Shown: positions 26,513 to 41,130 of the stretch, in pieces | Layout: every line of letters starts with the position of its first letter | Numbering within the stretch: position 1 is the first letter of the stretch | Assembly (NCBI RefSeq): GCF_001194135.2 | Contig: NC_068995.1 | Coordinates: 7,883,080-7,947,079 of the forward strand | From: Octopus bimaculoides | Taxonomy: Eukaryota | DNA: 64,000 nucleotides | Direction: 5' to 3' | The notes under the pieces: model-generated | What the model was told of the DNA's origin: nothing | The model's database searches: none | What the model saw: only the letters and a program-made list of their open reading frames with translations | Made by a program: the position numbers and the translations under genes

Positions 26513-26898
26513 ATGTATACGTTTCTGCAAGCAAACTTATATAGTGAGCATGCAATGAGTATGGAATTTACTTCCATTTCCGTAGATCGAAAGACAAAAA
26601 TTAACATCCTACATCGATTATCTAACCTTATTGAAGTTTCGTCAGATGTGTGTACATTATTTGAGCAATCCCAAAGAAACAAGTATCGATAAGTGAATGC
26701 TTAAGTCGCAGTTCGAACTCCGTGCCTTCGCTATCTTCAAGCGAGTATTTACTCGTAAAGGCGTGAAAGATCGAGTCACGAGATAAACATTCATTTTCCG
26801 TAAACTACACAAACTACAACATATATCAAGCACGCTGCAAATTGAATTCAGTACACCAGTTTCACTGGTTAACATTCGTGAGTCTGTACATGCGCGCG

Positions 26899-26932
<34 letters not shown>

Positions 26933-28756
26933 TATGCATATATAAAGACATAGATAGACAGACAGACAGACAGAAAGATAGACAGATAGATAAATAGCTA
27001 CATAAAATACATACATGGATAAACAGATAGACAGATACGTACATACACAGATAGACGAATAGATGGATAGATACATTGATAAACAGATAAACAGATGAAT
27101 AGATACATACATAATGCATAGATATATAGATAGACCAACAGACAGAGATGGATGGATGCATGCATAGATAGATAGATACATAGATTTGACAGTAAGCGAG
27201 AGAGGTGGGTGTGTGTGTGTGTGTGTGTGTGTACACACACATGTACACGAATGTTGCTTACGTAATAATCACCTATATATGTTATGATTGTAACTACAAA
27301 TACATGTGCATATATGTGCGTATGCGTGTACCTACGTGCGCGCGCGTGTGTGTATATGTGCAATGGCACTAATAAATCTAAATAAAATACAGTTGAAAAG
27401 AACGCAATGAAACGACTACAATAAATGTTGGAAAAACAACAAACACCGATATTTAGACGAAAAGAGAACAAGATCTATTTATTCCGTAAACTGAAGGTTA
27501 CAGAGTCACATCAGAATTTGATATATTATAGATGAATACATTTAAACAATTACACAAATGTACAACCAAGGCAGAGTTAGCTTATTTGCGGCCATTGACA
27601 CACAAAGAAGACATTTACAAAAACGCTTACTGAACGCCTAGCCTTAATACATTATCACATTTCCCCAGACACTTTTGAAATTGTTATTAATATTTCTATT
27701 ATGTTATGGCAAGTGACGTTTCGAATTTCTATTGATCATCATCTAACTGCGGGTGTCTACTGAGCTAGCCACCTGCGAAGTTACATATGTCGACTATGCA
27801 GCCTCTACATTTTACTCGTCCAACTAGATATAGGAACCCGAATGTCCCTCACATTCATACGCTCTGTCTTTATCAATAAAGCGACATATACATTATGTAA
27901 TGCATTAAAATTATGAATGAAATGTCACGACTCTTGTGTCTATGAACGTGAGTCTTTCTATTCGATACTGAATGATCTGATGATTAACAACAGCAATAAC
28001 AACAACAACAACATTAGCAATGAGATCAACAACTAGTAAGTCATACTAAGTTGTGCTTGTACGTTTGGAACGCAAGGTTTCAAACCTATGTGTTACTTAA
28101 TACTTTTAAATTTGAGGTGTAGCTGTGTTTTTTTGTATAGCTTCAATGCGTAGGAATACCAGGCCATCTTATACAACTATACCCATTTATATTAATACTG
28201 CCTATTGCTTGTCAAATTAACATAGAAGAAGGCAATATTATTAAGAACTACGTTGTATAGTGTTTTCATAACTATGTTGTATAGTTAATATACAATGATA
28301 GATTTAATTGATCAATAGGCTTTAGAACCATAACCTTGGTGTTGAGTGCAGTGAGAAGTGTACAGACTTACTAGAATTTACGATCAGATCTACATATGAG
28401 AATAACTTTCATTATGCCATCCCTCATAAAATTCCTCGTCAAGCTAACGATTCACCAAGCAATAGTCAATATATTTCTACGCTAAGGTTGATAAGACACA
28501 GTCATATTTCCAACGTGATATGAGACAGTAAAAGTTTCATCATCATTAAATACAAATTAAATATACATTGAAAGCGTATAAAGGTTCCACAAATGATATT
28601 TGTTTAAGTGGTTATCTTAACACCACATCGAAATGGAAGCAACATATATCATCATATTATTTCTTAATTTTTTTTTTTTTTTGAACAAAATGCTGTATCG
28701 AAACAAGTAAAATAAATGTGTGAGTGTGTGTATATATATGTATATATATATAAATG

Positions 28757-28793
<37 letters not shown>

Positions 28794-29168
28794 ATATATA
28801 TTCAAGTGAAAGAAGCTGCACCAGCTGCCATTTATTTCATGGTACATATTTGTGTGTTTCGGTATGAGAGTGGTTAGATGCGGGATGCTATTTGGGTATG
28901 TTTATACATATTTATGAGAGATGTCTAGAGATGCATACATATGTACACATATATGCATACATACTATTTATCGTTTCGCTCTCTCTCTCTCTCTCTCCTC
29001 TTTCTCTCATCTCTCTTTATATATATATACATATATATATATATATACAAATTAAAAGGGTAAAGGATTATCAATTTATTAATTAAATCAATTAACAATT
29101 TTTACCAAGCCCATCGGTATGAAAGCACCATTATTGGTGGATAACTTATTTAAAAGCTCATATATATT

Positions 29169-29300
29169 TATAAATATAATTAAGGGATCGGCAAATGTTT
29201 GCTTCACCATATACCGAAGTTCAGAAATAGCAGCTAAAAAAGCTGAGAACTTCGGTATATGGTGAAGCAAATATTTGCTGATCCCTTAATTATATTTATA
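29169..29300. repeat. Near-perfect hairpin with arms of about 54 bp
   Basis: tataaatataattaagggatcggcaaatgtttgcttcaccatataccgaagttc pairs with gaacttcggtatatggtgaagcaaatatttgctgatcccttaattatatttata; two mismatches. Confidence 0.93.
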
Positions 29301-29397
29301 TACATATATAGATATGTACATATATAGATATGTATGTTTATATATAGATATGTACATATATAGATATGTATGTTTATATATATATATATTTATATAT

Positions 29398-29435
<38 letters not shown>

Positions 29436-29513
29436 TTAGGGAAAATAACCAATTTTCAAGAACTCATCGATGAAAATCCACTATCATATATATATATATA
29501 TATTATTATTATA

Positions 29514-29546
<33 letters not shown>

Positions 29547-29599
29547 GTATTTCCTTAGAAGCGTACATATATGCCTGTATACACACACACACACACACA

Positions 29600-29830
<231 letters not shown>

Positions 29831-30242
29831 AGAAAAGATAAAATAAAGGTATATTACACAATGTGTGTAGGTGCATTGTGTGTGTGTGTGTGTGTGAGAG
29901 TGATGGCGCCTGTGTGTGCATGTGTGTAAAAACGAAAGTGTGGACAACAAAATGAAATGTGCGTACTTTATACAAGAGAAATTAGAGTACGATAATTGAA
30001 AGCAGAAACTGGATACGTTTCAATGTTATCAGTATGTTCTAACATATCTTTGGATACCAATGTAAAACAAAGCAAGAAAATATATATTTAAAACCGTTAT
30101 TATAAAAATTCTTGCAAAATTTCAGACAACGCTAATTGGCTGACATGGTAAACAAAAAAATATCAGTTAACAATATAAGACTGTTTGAAGATTGAGGAGG
30201 CTTTACACTATAAACTGGTTAAAGTGAAATATGTGAAATAGG

Positions 30243-30288
<46 letters not shown>

Positions 30289-30692
30289 AATAATATATAA
30301 CATTTATTTATGGGTAGAGGTCATCACCAACAAGTCAAATAAGATGAAATACGTAAAGAATGAGAAAGATAGATATGAGATAGTATGTAAGTATATATAT
30401 ATATATATTGTTTTAATGTACATTGAATTTGTATGTGCTACAAAAGTGTTATGCATTGAATATATGACCACGTCCTGTTTTAAACCCTTAGGTCTCCAGT
30501 ATGTATATGTGTGTGGTGGGTGGAGGAGAGTAAATGACAGATATCTTTCAACAATTGCTGGTGTAAAATACACCAATAAATTTCTAAGAGGGAAAACTCG
30601 TGGCAGATAATATATCTTGTAATTCCGTCATCTTTCAATTTTTAAATTGCACAATGATAGATATATAGATATATGTATGTATATATATATAC

Positions 30693-30723
<31 letters not shown>

Positions 30724-30839
30724 ATATACACAACTTTAATTTTCAAAATTTGTGATCTAAGCGTCTTAATGTTTTCAATAGTGTAGAATTTTCAATGTAA
30801 TTATTCTTTTTCATTCGCGGTGCCATTATATTAAACATT

Positions 30840-31235
30840 TTCGAAGAGTAACCATGCCACGCGCAAAAAATTGTGCAGAACTGTCAGATTTTCAAAGAGG
30901 TCGTATTGTTAGGCAATCTGAGGCTCGTCTTAGCGAGCGAAAAATTGCCGAAATTCTTCAAATTCCTCTTGCTACTGTTAATAGAATTATAGTACAATTC
31001 AAAAGCAAAAGAAAAGGATCAACAGATTCTCGTCCCGGCCGACCTGGGTCCTCGGAAAGGAAGCTTCGCTGTTTGAAGAGAATGGTGAAAAACTAACCCC
31101 GCTCGAAGGCTTCTGTCATTGCAAAACAGCTAGAAGTTAGTCCAAGAACGTGTGTTACATATCTGCATAAGTTTGGGTATTATGGACGAGCAGCTAGAAG
31201 AAAACCTCTCCTTCAACCAGTTAATATTAAATAGA
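30840..31235 (+). mobile_element. Tc1-family transposase N-terminal remnant
   Basis: ORF 30854-31096 MPRAKNCAELSDFQRGRIV...SERKIAEILQIPLATVNRII...RPGRP. Continues past a stop into YLHKFGYYGRAARRKPLL, then is truncated. Confidence 0.9.
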
Positions 31236-32519
31236 AGATTTTGAAAATTAAACGTGTCTATTTACTCCCTGCATGTCTGTGTATATATAAATTTCGATGC
31301 AGAAACGTATCTAAGAGCGTTCAATCCATCGGCATTTTATAGTACTCTATAAAAAAATCTCTCATTTCGATATTGATTGCACCATATAGATTAATGAAAA
31401 CTTGTTCTGCTCATTTGAAGTAGGATGAGCAATGATTGAACTTTGAATCTTAAATTTAACCGTTCCTGTTAATTTTCTAAAATCAAACATACTTATAGGA
31501 ATTGTTTTGAGGCATTTTTTATGTATGCGTATGTTGATAAAGCGAACATTAAACAATAATCGGTCAGACCTAAATAATGCCTACAGCCTCTGATGCTGTC
31601 GGTTTAGAGTGAAGCATAAAAGAATGAGAGCGTCGAAAAATAATTACTTTTAAGAGGGTAATTGCTTCAAGTGAATCAATGACAAAGTGAAGAGATTATA
31701 ACAAGGTAGTTTTATATAATTATAGTAGAAAACTATTCTGGAATTGAAATGTTTAATGGAGATAACTAAACTTTAGGATTACTCTAATCGTATTTCCATT
31801 AAATAGCTTATAGTCATGATTTATCGGAAAAGTACTAACAATTAAATTCGATAACCGTTTGGTTATATATACAGGGAGCCTTTAAACTAAAAGCGGAATT
31901 AAACCATAAAATCTTTAGTTGCACCTAGTGTATTTCGTCTGTAGTACCACTATTGAAAATTGACTCGATTTAATAATTGTTCCTCGTTTAAACACAGAGC
32001 CAGTGTTTTAAGGGAAGATAGTGTTTATCGATTACATGAAACTCAGTACTTTCTTGGTACATTATTTTTCTGACAGCGAAAGGGAGAAACGCAAACTTCA
32101 CATCGATGGGATTTCATCTCTGAATGCAAAGACATATTTCTCCCTACTCTTTCCCGATTCTAAAAGGTCGCCCTGATGCTAATGATGAAACGCATTAATA
32201 ACTTCGCCATAATCTGCCGATGAAGCAGAGGGTATTATGTATTTATAAATGTTAGCAAAAATATATTTCTTAAAATAGTGTCGAGTCGGTATTCACTTAA
32301 TGTTTACAGCATGTTTAGAGTAATTTTCTGTCTAATTTTAGAAAAATAAATTAAGTCTAAACATACCTATTGAAATAACTATAAATCGTTTCTGGTTTGT
32401 ACAAAGAAGTTGGTATATCATTTATTAGCACGTAGATTGTCGCCGAAGAACTATTTGTACATCTAAATGTTCGTGGGTGTGTGAATAAAAGTTAGCTTCG
32501 TAACTACATTTCTCTGTTG

Positions 32520-32860
32520 AGTCTCACTACGTGGCGTCTTGGACAAATGTCTTATACTATAGCCTCGGGCTGACCAAACACCTGTGAGTGGACATGGTAG
32601 GCGGAAACTGAAAGAAACCCGTCATATATATATATATGAGTGTGTGTGTGTGTGTGTGTGTCTCTTTGTGTCTGTCTTTTTCCCCACCAGTCTGATATAA
32701 GCGGTGTTAAGAGGTTTCTCAAAAGAGAGCGGTTCGGCAAAAGAATACGATAAAATTGAAAAGGAGGTGTAGATAAAATGTGTCGATTCATTCGTCTAAA
32801 AATTCTTCAAGGTGGTGCTCCATCATGGCCGCAGTAGTCTGATGACTGAAACAAGTAAAA
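32520..32860 (+). mobile_element. SINE family 2 copy
   Basis: ctatagcctcgggctgaccaa...gcggttcggcaaaaga...catggccgcagt...gactgaaacaagtaaa. Confidence 0.85.
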
Positions 32861-33038
32861 TTCAAAAGCAAGAGCTACATCGATCTAACGATCGATCTGC
32901 ACAACATTCCATAATTATATCTATCGATCTCGTTGTCTATCTATCTTTATATCAGACTCTGTCGAGTGGTCTGTCGGTCGGTCCGCTAGTTTGTCTATTT
33001 TTCTGCTAATATATATTTATACGTGTGTGTGTGTGTGT

Positions 33039-33094
<56 letters not shown>

Positions 33095-33872
33095 TATATA
33101 TATATTATGTATGTATGTTTGTATGTATGTATGCATATGTGTGTGTATGTATGTATATATATGTGTGTATATGTATGTATGTATGTATGTATATAAAAAT
33201 ATGTATAATGTCAATACCATTAACAGATATCTTGACCTCACTTACAAGATTTGCTAATTAGCACTTTGTAGTAATAAAAAAGTGATGTCATATTTCTTAA
33301 TTGTTTCACGCGCAAAATATACTTAGAAGATAATAATAATAATAATAATAGCAACAACAACAATAATAATATAATAATAATAAAAAATAATGATAATGAT
33401 GATGGTGACGATGATGTTCGACAGGCTGATGATGATGATGATAAGAAATAGAAGGAGGAGGTAAAGGAGAAGAGGGAGAAGATGAATACACTTATCATTT
33501 ATGCTTTTTAGAAGCCATGGGGAAAATTAACCACGCAGTTACGTTTCAAGTGATACTTAGCGTGCTCGTCAGCCAGAAATTTAACCTTTAAAATATGTTA
33601 CTTCACACTGTGTGTGAATGTGCTGAAAATGTATTTACAATGCAATGTAATGGATCGATAGCCAACCTATATCTCGGTTGTGTACTTTTACGTTTTGAGT
33701 TCAGATCTGAAGTTTAAGTATTCGATAAATTAACTATCAATCACGATTAGAACTAGATTAGATCTACTTCATGCATCTCGAAACATCTGTCGGATTGCTG
33801 TTCCGATATCAGACTTCGATATTTTGTACTTACATAGATACATACTTCATACATACCTCATACATACAAAAA

Positions 33873-33953
<81 letters not shown>

Positions 33954-33986
33954 GTATGTATATGAACATATATACAGCTGTATATA

Positions 33987-34017
<31 letters not shown>

Positions 34018-34144
34018 GTGTATATATATATGAATTGTGTGTGTGTGTGTGTGTGTGCGTGTATACATACACACGCATACACTCACACATAGAACATAAA
34101 TGCCTTTGTACGTATGTATATGCATACAGTTATACATATATACT

Positions 34145-34183
<39 letters not shown>

Positions 34184-34577
34184 ACATGTAAATTATGTAT
34201 TCATACACACACACACATATATATTTATATATGTGTGTGTGTGTGTGTGTATAAACATATGTAATTCTATATATTTATACACACACGCACACACATATAT
34301 CGATCTTTAACTTTAGCACAAAATCTAATATTTTTAAGAGAAAAAGTAGTGGTAGAGACATTCAACATCGATTTTAGTTCTGATTGATGTTAATTATTTT
34401 ATTAATACCATAAGAATGACCTCGAATGTTATCGATTCGGAATTCAAAGCAATATACGGCAATATATTTAACCAGACGTACTACCAAACCAGCCTATCTA
34501 GATATTGGATGGGAGGTGTATCATTCAGTCTTATCATAATGAAGAGGACTAATGGTCAAATTATTTCCAGACATCAG

Positions 34578-34667
<90 letters not shown>

Positions 34668-34859
34668 ATGGTGTGGTGTAAAGATACAATTGGGAGTTGC
34701 TGTCTGGACACTGAAGATTTGGATGGCTGACTGGATTATCAACCTGTTGTGACGACTATGCACTTTGTCTGTCTGTCTAGCTAGCTATACATGTGTGTGT
34801 GTGTGTATAATTCTAGTCAAAATTTTAAGAAAAGATGTTTACCAATTATTTTAGCGGTA

Positions 34860-36012
34860 TCACTTAATTTATCAACCCCGAAAGGATGAAAGGCAAAGTC
34901 GACCTCGGAGGAATTTGAACTCAGAACTTTAAGACAGACGAAATACCGCTAAACATTTCGCCAGCCGTGCTAACGTTTCTGCTAGCTCACCGCCTTAGAC
35001 TCATCCTAATTCTATTATTGAAAATTAAATACGTACAGCAACTAGTATCGTTACAAGGTATCTGAATCTCAATTAAAGTTCGGCAATCATTCAAAAGAGA
35101 CTTCCAGATTTTACCTGAAATGGTACCAATTCTAAATATAGTTATACATTTGTTTTTTGTTTAGTCTTATTAAACATTCTGCTGACCTTAAACTGATACC
35201 TCTCATTGTCTCTGTTAGTACAGATGAAATGTCAAATGGATATTTATCATTATTTGACGCCTGTGAATAATAATTACTACAAGAGATTAGCTGTAAACAA
35301 AAGAAATTAATTTTAGCTTTTTTCTATTTTAAGTCTTCATTAAATTATAGATTTTCGAAACAGTGTTTCATGAAGTTGAAGATTACGACTTGTCTTTGGT
35401 TCTGTTGGATAGTTAAGTTTTTTTTTCAGATCATAAACATCGATCTTTTTTTTTTTTCTTTTTCATTATGCTAAATACACAAATTGTTGCTCAGATTTCT
35501 TTCCATACTTTATTTTTGGAAATGTAACACTCGACCGCTCGAACGCTGTGACTAGATAGATAATACTGAATTTGAATTTTGGCACAAGGCTAGCAATTTC
35601 CGAGTAGAGGGTGAGTTGAAAACGCCACTCTCAGGGTTCAAATTGTACTTATTTTATCGACCTCGAAGGGATGAAATGCAACACCGATCCTGCCGGAATT
35701 CGAACGTAAAGACGGACGAAATACCGTTAAGCATTTTGCTCGGTGCGGTAACGATTATACAAGCTCGCAGCTTTGACAAGCAGAATAATATTAAAAATTA
35801 TTTCGCAAATCTTGGTTTGAAATTTTGGCACAGAACCAGCAATATCGGTGTATGTCTATTACATCGATCCCAGTTCTCAACTAATAATAATTTTATCGAC
35901 CACAAAAGGCAAAGTAAACCTGGGCAGAATTTAATCACATGACTTAAATAGGGACGAAATGCTTCTAAGAGGTTTGCGCGGCGCAGTGCCGATTCTGCCA
36001 GTAGGCCGCCTT
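34860..36012 (-). mobile_element. Three SINE family 1 copies (34860-35000, 35575-35770, 35810-36012)
   Basis: gaaaggatgaaaggcaaagtcgacctcgg and ttggcacaagg tail-variant motifs. Confidence 0.8.
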
Positions 36013-36915
36013 GACTAGCAGAATAACATTAAGGGTCATTAACACTTTCTTGTATAATTAATTCTACATATCTCATGAGTCATTCAGCTGCCATCTTGTA
36101 AAGTCACCGGTAAATCATAGACTCTGTATTATGTATTTTGTTAAAGATTAGGAATATATTGTTTTCTTTATGCTTGCATGAGCTTAATTGCGTAGTCGAG
36201 TGTCAAGATAAACAATTTTCACTTAACAAGTCTGAAAAATATATCAAAATTAGTTTCTTTTCCTTTCGAAACGAGAATTATTTACAGCTTGAAGAACGTC
36301 ACTAAAAATGTTCTAGATTAAAAAGTACGTTCCAGGTTACGAAAAACATGTATGTTTAAAGAAAAATAACGTGACTCAATTCAGAGTTAATTAAGGGGTT
36401 GAAAATTTTAACGAGAACATTCAGGATGAAGGAATAGGTTTTGGATAATTAAAAAAAAACCAGATCAACGGTAACAAATGTTGTGTAACAATGTCCATAA
36501 TATGTTGGGCGGCCATTGTCTTGCTCTTTTCTAAATAAGTTCTGTTTACTTCGGTCTTCAATTGCAGCTTCTCACTATAACCACGTATTTATATTCGGAT
36601 AATTCACTTGAAGAGATACCTAATTATACTTTGCGATTGATATTCCAACTGAGACGACCTTCTTTCATGAACGTCATTGACCAGAATGTTTATTGGATTC
36701 TTCTTGACCTCCGTGTCAGTGAATTGGAATAGTCCTGAATATGGTCGCTGTCACAGTTTTCTCCTATTATGTGCTGGTGCATACTACTTCATTTCAATTT
36801 ATTTTTCACATCGTTGGTATAATTTCAAGTGCATGTGAGTCCTCTCTCTCTTATATATCTGTAGATATATCAAGTCTTAGTTATATATAAATGTATATAT
36901 ATATCATTGACTTAC

Positions 36916-36954
36916 CCGTCGTTAGACGACGTATGAGGTGCGGGCAATTTCTCG
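36916..36954 (-). CDS. Candidate 39-nt exon
   Basis: gatttttcag|CGAG...GACGG|gtaagt, a perfect donor. Phase 1-1 reads (A)RNCPHLIRRLTT; the phase 2-2 frame is also open. Confidence 0.5.
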
Positions 36955-36989
36955 CTGAAAAATCGCACGTTATTTGTCTATAGTGATTG

Positions 36990-37205
36990 AATGCTTGTGT
37001 ACACATAAACTTACCCCGTCAATCAAATCGACATCACCTGTATAGGTGTACCATGTGCCACATGTCAGACGAAGAAATGATCGCAGAGCCACTTGAAATA
37101 AAGTGTTTTGCTCAAGAACACGACGCAACGCCCGATCTGAAATTCGAAACCTCGATCACGCAATTCTGAGTGCAGCACCCTAACCACAAAGCTATGCGCC
37201 TACAC
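36990..37205 (-). mobile_element. SINE family 4 copy
   Basis: gaaataaagtgttttgctcaagaacac...aattcgaaacc...ccctaaccac. Another diverged copy at about 41900-42030. Confidence 0.75.
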
Positions 37206-37414
37206 ATATTTATCAGATTAATCAAATAATTTTAGTAAACATTTACTTTAATATTCTGGTTGCTCTATTGATATTTCAATGTTTCACTGTTGCCTTATTT
37301 CTCTTATAACATTTCATTTTCCCCAGAGAACAACAGCCTCTCATTTCATTTTTCTTTTCTGTATTATTTTCTTAAACACATACGGTGCGGAGCAAACACT
37401 CTTCTCTTTGCTTG

Positions 37415-37745
37415 TAATTTCATCCACTTTTTCAGCTGGCAGAAACGTTAGCACGTCGGGCGAAATGCTGAGCGGTATTTCGTCTGTCTTTACGTTCTGA
37501 GTTCAAATTCTGCCGTGGTCGACTTTGCCTCTTATCCTTTCGGGGTCGATAAATTAAGTACCAGTTGCGTATTGGGTTCGATCTAATCGACTGGCCCCCA
37601 AAATTTCGAACCTTCTTCCTAGAGCAGAAAAGAATTGCTAGAGCTTCGAGGAAAATTTCAAGCTATTAACTGTTAGAGTTCAAATCCTGCAGAGGGTAAC
37701 TTCACCTTTCACCCTTTCTAGGCCGACAAACGAATTACAATTCCA
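37415..37745 (+). mobile_element. SINE family 1 copy plus fragment
   Basis: agctggcagaaacgttagcacgtcgggcgaaatgctgagcggtatttcgtc...gagttcaaattc...ggggtcgataaattaagtacc. Confidence 0.9.
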
Positions 37746-38906
37746 GTCCTAGAGTTGATTGTTATTCTTATTCTCTGTAACACAATATATTGTGGGAGTC
37801 ATTCACATATCCATCCTTTTCCTTTAGATTATCAAAAGCACGAACTCCTAACGCTGTTAAAAATACACGTGTCTTCGGAAGACTCGGCTGTTCACAAGCT
37901 AGTTTTATAAGTATGAAGGCAGCTGATTGAACAATTGAATCCTCGTCGTCGAAACCAACGGAGGACCTCCGATACGCTATATCACCTGCAGCCAGTTTTA
38001 TTAACAGAAAATGTTCCATAAAAGACTTTTGAATTGAATCACATTTACAAATCCCTATTCTATGATGGCAATTGTTTTTGTAGACACTGAAAATTTAGGT
38101 AAATGGATTTTCTCTTAATGTACTTATATAATGTAGGCGAGGCATAACAATCGAATGTAATTATGCAGCTTGCAGGGTTATGTATGAATGTGCGTGCGAG
38201 CTTATATATATATATATATATATATTTACATATATGTAAATATAAATATATGTACAAATGTCTTTACACACACACACACATATGGGTGTGTACGTGGCGT
38301 GTGTGTGTCTTTACTATTCTATGTATATGTGTGTATATATATATATATATGCATATAGAGGTGTGTCTACGAGTGTCTGTGTTTATGCATGTTACCGTCT
38401 CAATATATATTGCTCTATTGATATATGTGTTCCGCCCATTACATATGTCATTATATAGATTTCCGAGTTGACAAGACATCATTCATATCCTCCCAAATGG
38501 CTCATCCAATTCATCCGCTATAAAGACGTATTGGTTTTGTTATCATTTTCAATAAGGACCGGGGAATTATCTCTAACTTAAACCTATATACATAAACCCT
38601 TCTAACACTAATGCGCTGTTCAACGATACGAAAGAATCGATATCAAACTGGTTAACAGATGTTTCCAGTCGTGCAAAGAAACCTCTCTTGTCAGCAACAA
38701 GCACATTCTGGAATTCACACACTCACACAAATGCACACACACACTCACACGCATAATCATACACACAACACAACCCGCACACATGCGTTCATGTGCGTAT
38801 ATTTTTCTATACGTACAAACACACGGATAAACACGTAAATCGATATAAATATATACATACACACATATATATATTTATATACATATACATATATACACAC
38901 ACACAC

Positions 38907-38959
<53 letters not shown>

Positions 38960-38983
38960 CTGTATTTACATACCTGTCTATAA

Positions 38984-39021
<38 letters not shown>

Positions 39022-39512
39022 GTATGTATATATGGACACGTGTATCTATGCTTAGATTTTATATATTGAAGTGTATTTACATATAAGTATACATGTATAT
39101 TCTGTGTTTGCTTGTGTGTGTGTGTGTTCTTGTGAGTGTGCTTTTAGACACATTTTGTGCATGTAAGTCATCTGTGTAGGTTCACTGACTACGTTAGCAA
39201 AATCATTGTCTTCATGAAACATTGATTTTTTATAAACCAAAGATCTCTTCTTTCCTTCACATTCTCCCATATACTCAATCCTACATGCATTTTGCCGGAG
39301 GAACCTGTGAAACTCCGTTGCACAAAACACAAGACTGCATTTAAATGCGAGAATCATAAATCCATTTTCAAATATACTACACCTTTGGTTACGAATGAAA
39401 AGTGAAGATGATACACTGATTTCTATATATAATATTCGATAACTTATATGCCTATACTTTAACTAAAACTGTTTGAACGTTAATAATAAAGCAGATTATT
39501 TAAAAAGCACAA

Positions 39513-40173
39513 CCGAGATAATTGACAAGTGTTGCCACGACCAAGAATCTTTATTAAAGCAAAATCAATGGAAACATTGGAACATATAGTGATGCAAGAT
39601 TTAGTTTATCGTTACACTCAAAATAACCTACAAATAAGAAATCCAAAACACGATATACTATAACGTCCGACATAATTCATGAGACAAGCCATGTCCAACT
39701 AAATACTGCACTTGGACCTCTAACGTTAACATAGTGTCCCAACAGCAAGAACTATTATACAAATTAAATGCTCATACAACTCCCACAATATCCATATGTG
39801 TGTACGCTTGTATATGTTTATAGACGTATGTATGTATGTATGCATGTTATAAGTATATATATATATATATATATGGATTTACAAGTGCATAGATGTCTAT
39901 ATATAGACATACATATATATATTTTTTTTCCTATACATTTTCCTAGACATTTTTGCTACACATTCAATAAACCTTCTCTGATATGTGATATTTTGGTGGA
40001 GGAGGGAGTTCGCCCTTGCTGCCCTCATCTGTGTTTCTTGCCTATAGGTACGTTCATCTGGAACTCTTGACAGAACATTTGTTATGAAAAAAGCATATAT
40101 CCACGCCATACATATCTCTCAGACTTTGTGGGAGAATACTGCAGAGCTGTGGGCCTTTAAAACCTAAGCTGTT

Positions 40174-40220
<47 letters not shown>

Positions 40221-41005
40221 TTTTTCACTCTAGGCACAAGGCCCGACATTTTGGGGGAGGGGCCGTCGATTAGATCGATCCCAGTACGCAACTGGTACTT
40301 AATTAATTGACACTCAGAAAGGATGAAAGGCAACATCGACCTCGGCGGAATTTGCACTCGGAACGTAAAGACACACGAAATGGCGCTAAGCATTCCGCCT
40401 TGCGTGCTAACGTTTCTACCTGCTCACCGCCTTAAAATATATACATAATGTATGCGTGTGTGTGTGTGTGCGCGCACGCGCCTGTGTGTTTGTGCGTATA
40501 TAGAAGATCGAAATACTTGATATAAGAGACAGAAGGTAATACAAGAAAGAAAAAAATAACAGAAGACACAGAATCGATGCACAATCAGTTATAATACCAA
40601 GTAATCATGCTGTGTGCTCTAAGTAGAAAGAAATATTATTAAAGTGTAGTTAGGGTCACTTATTCTTTAATGACGTCAATGTTTCTAATCTATAGTCTTA
40701 AGGTTTTGCTTCTATAGTTGTTATATGGATGGAGACGAATGCTCAATAACTATTACAGTCATATATCGTTCGTCCGTGCGTCTTTCCCATTTTGTCTCTC
40801 TTACGATTTATGGAATCTTAAGAACAGCTACTGTAATTCCATTTCTATCTCTTCTTCTCTATCTCTTTCTCTCTGACTCATAATGTCCGTCTCTCACTAA
40901 GTGTAACGATAACCTAAATCTAGCATCACCATATATTCCAATGTTTCCATTGATTTTACTTTAATAATGATTCTTGGTCGCGGCAACACTTGTCAATTAT
41001 CTCGG
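39513..41005. repeat. 106-bp inverted repeat pair (39513-39618 and 40900-41005)
   Basis: Hand alignment gives 7 substitutions and no indels; spacer about 1.28 kb. Confidence 0.9.
40225..40435 (-). mobile_element. SINE family 1 copy
   Basis: ctctaggcacaaggccc...gacctcggcggaattt...gtgctaacgtttc. Confidence 0.9.
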
Positions 41006-41130
41006 TATGTTTGTGCATGTGTGTATATTAGTCGCTGTTTTTCTGGGCATGTGTATATATATATATATATATATGTATGTACACATATATATATATATAT
41101 ATATATAAACGCGGGCGCACACGCATTTGC

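Noticed and set aside
35200-35290. Minus-strand 91-nt exon candidate LISCSNYYSQASNNDKYPFDISSVLTETMR
   Set aside because: Good acceptor, but its phase-0 start fits no upstream candidate, and the donor is weak.
39190-39305. LRQNACRIEYMGEC, Kazal-like
   Set aside because: Cys spacing is too short and no donor follows the motif.
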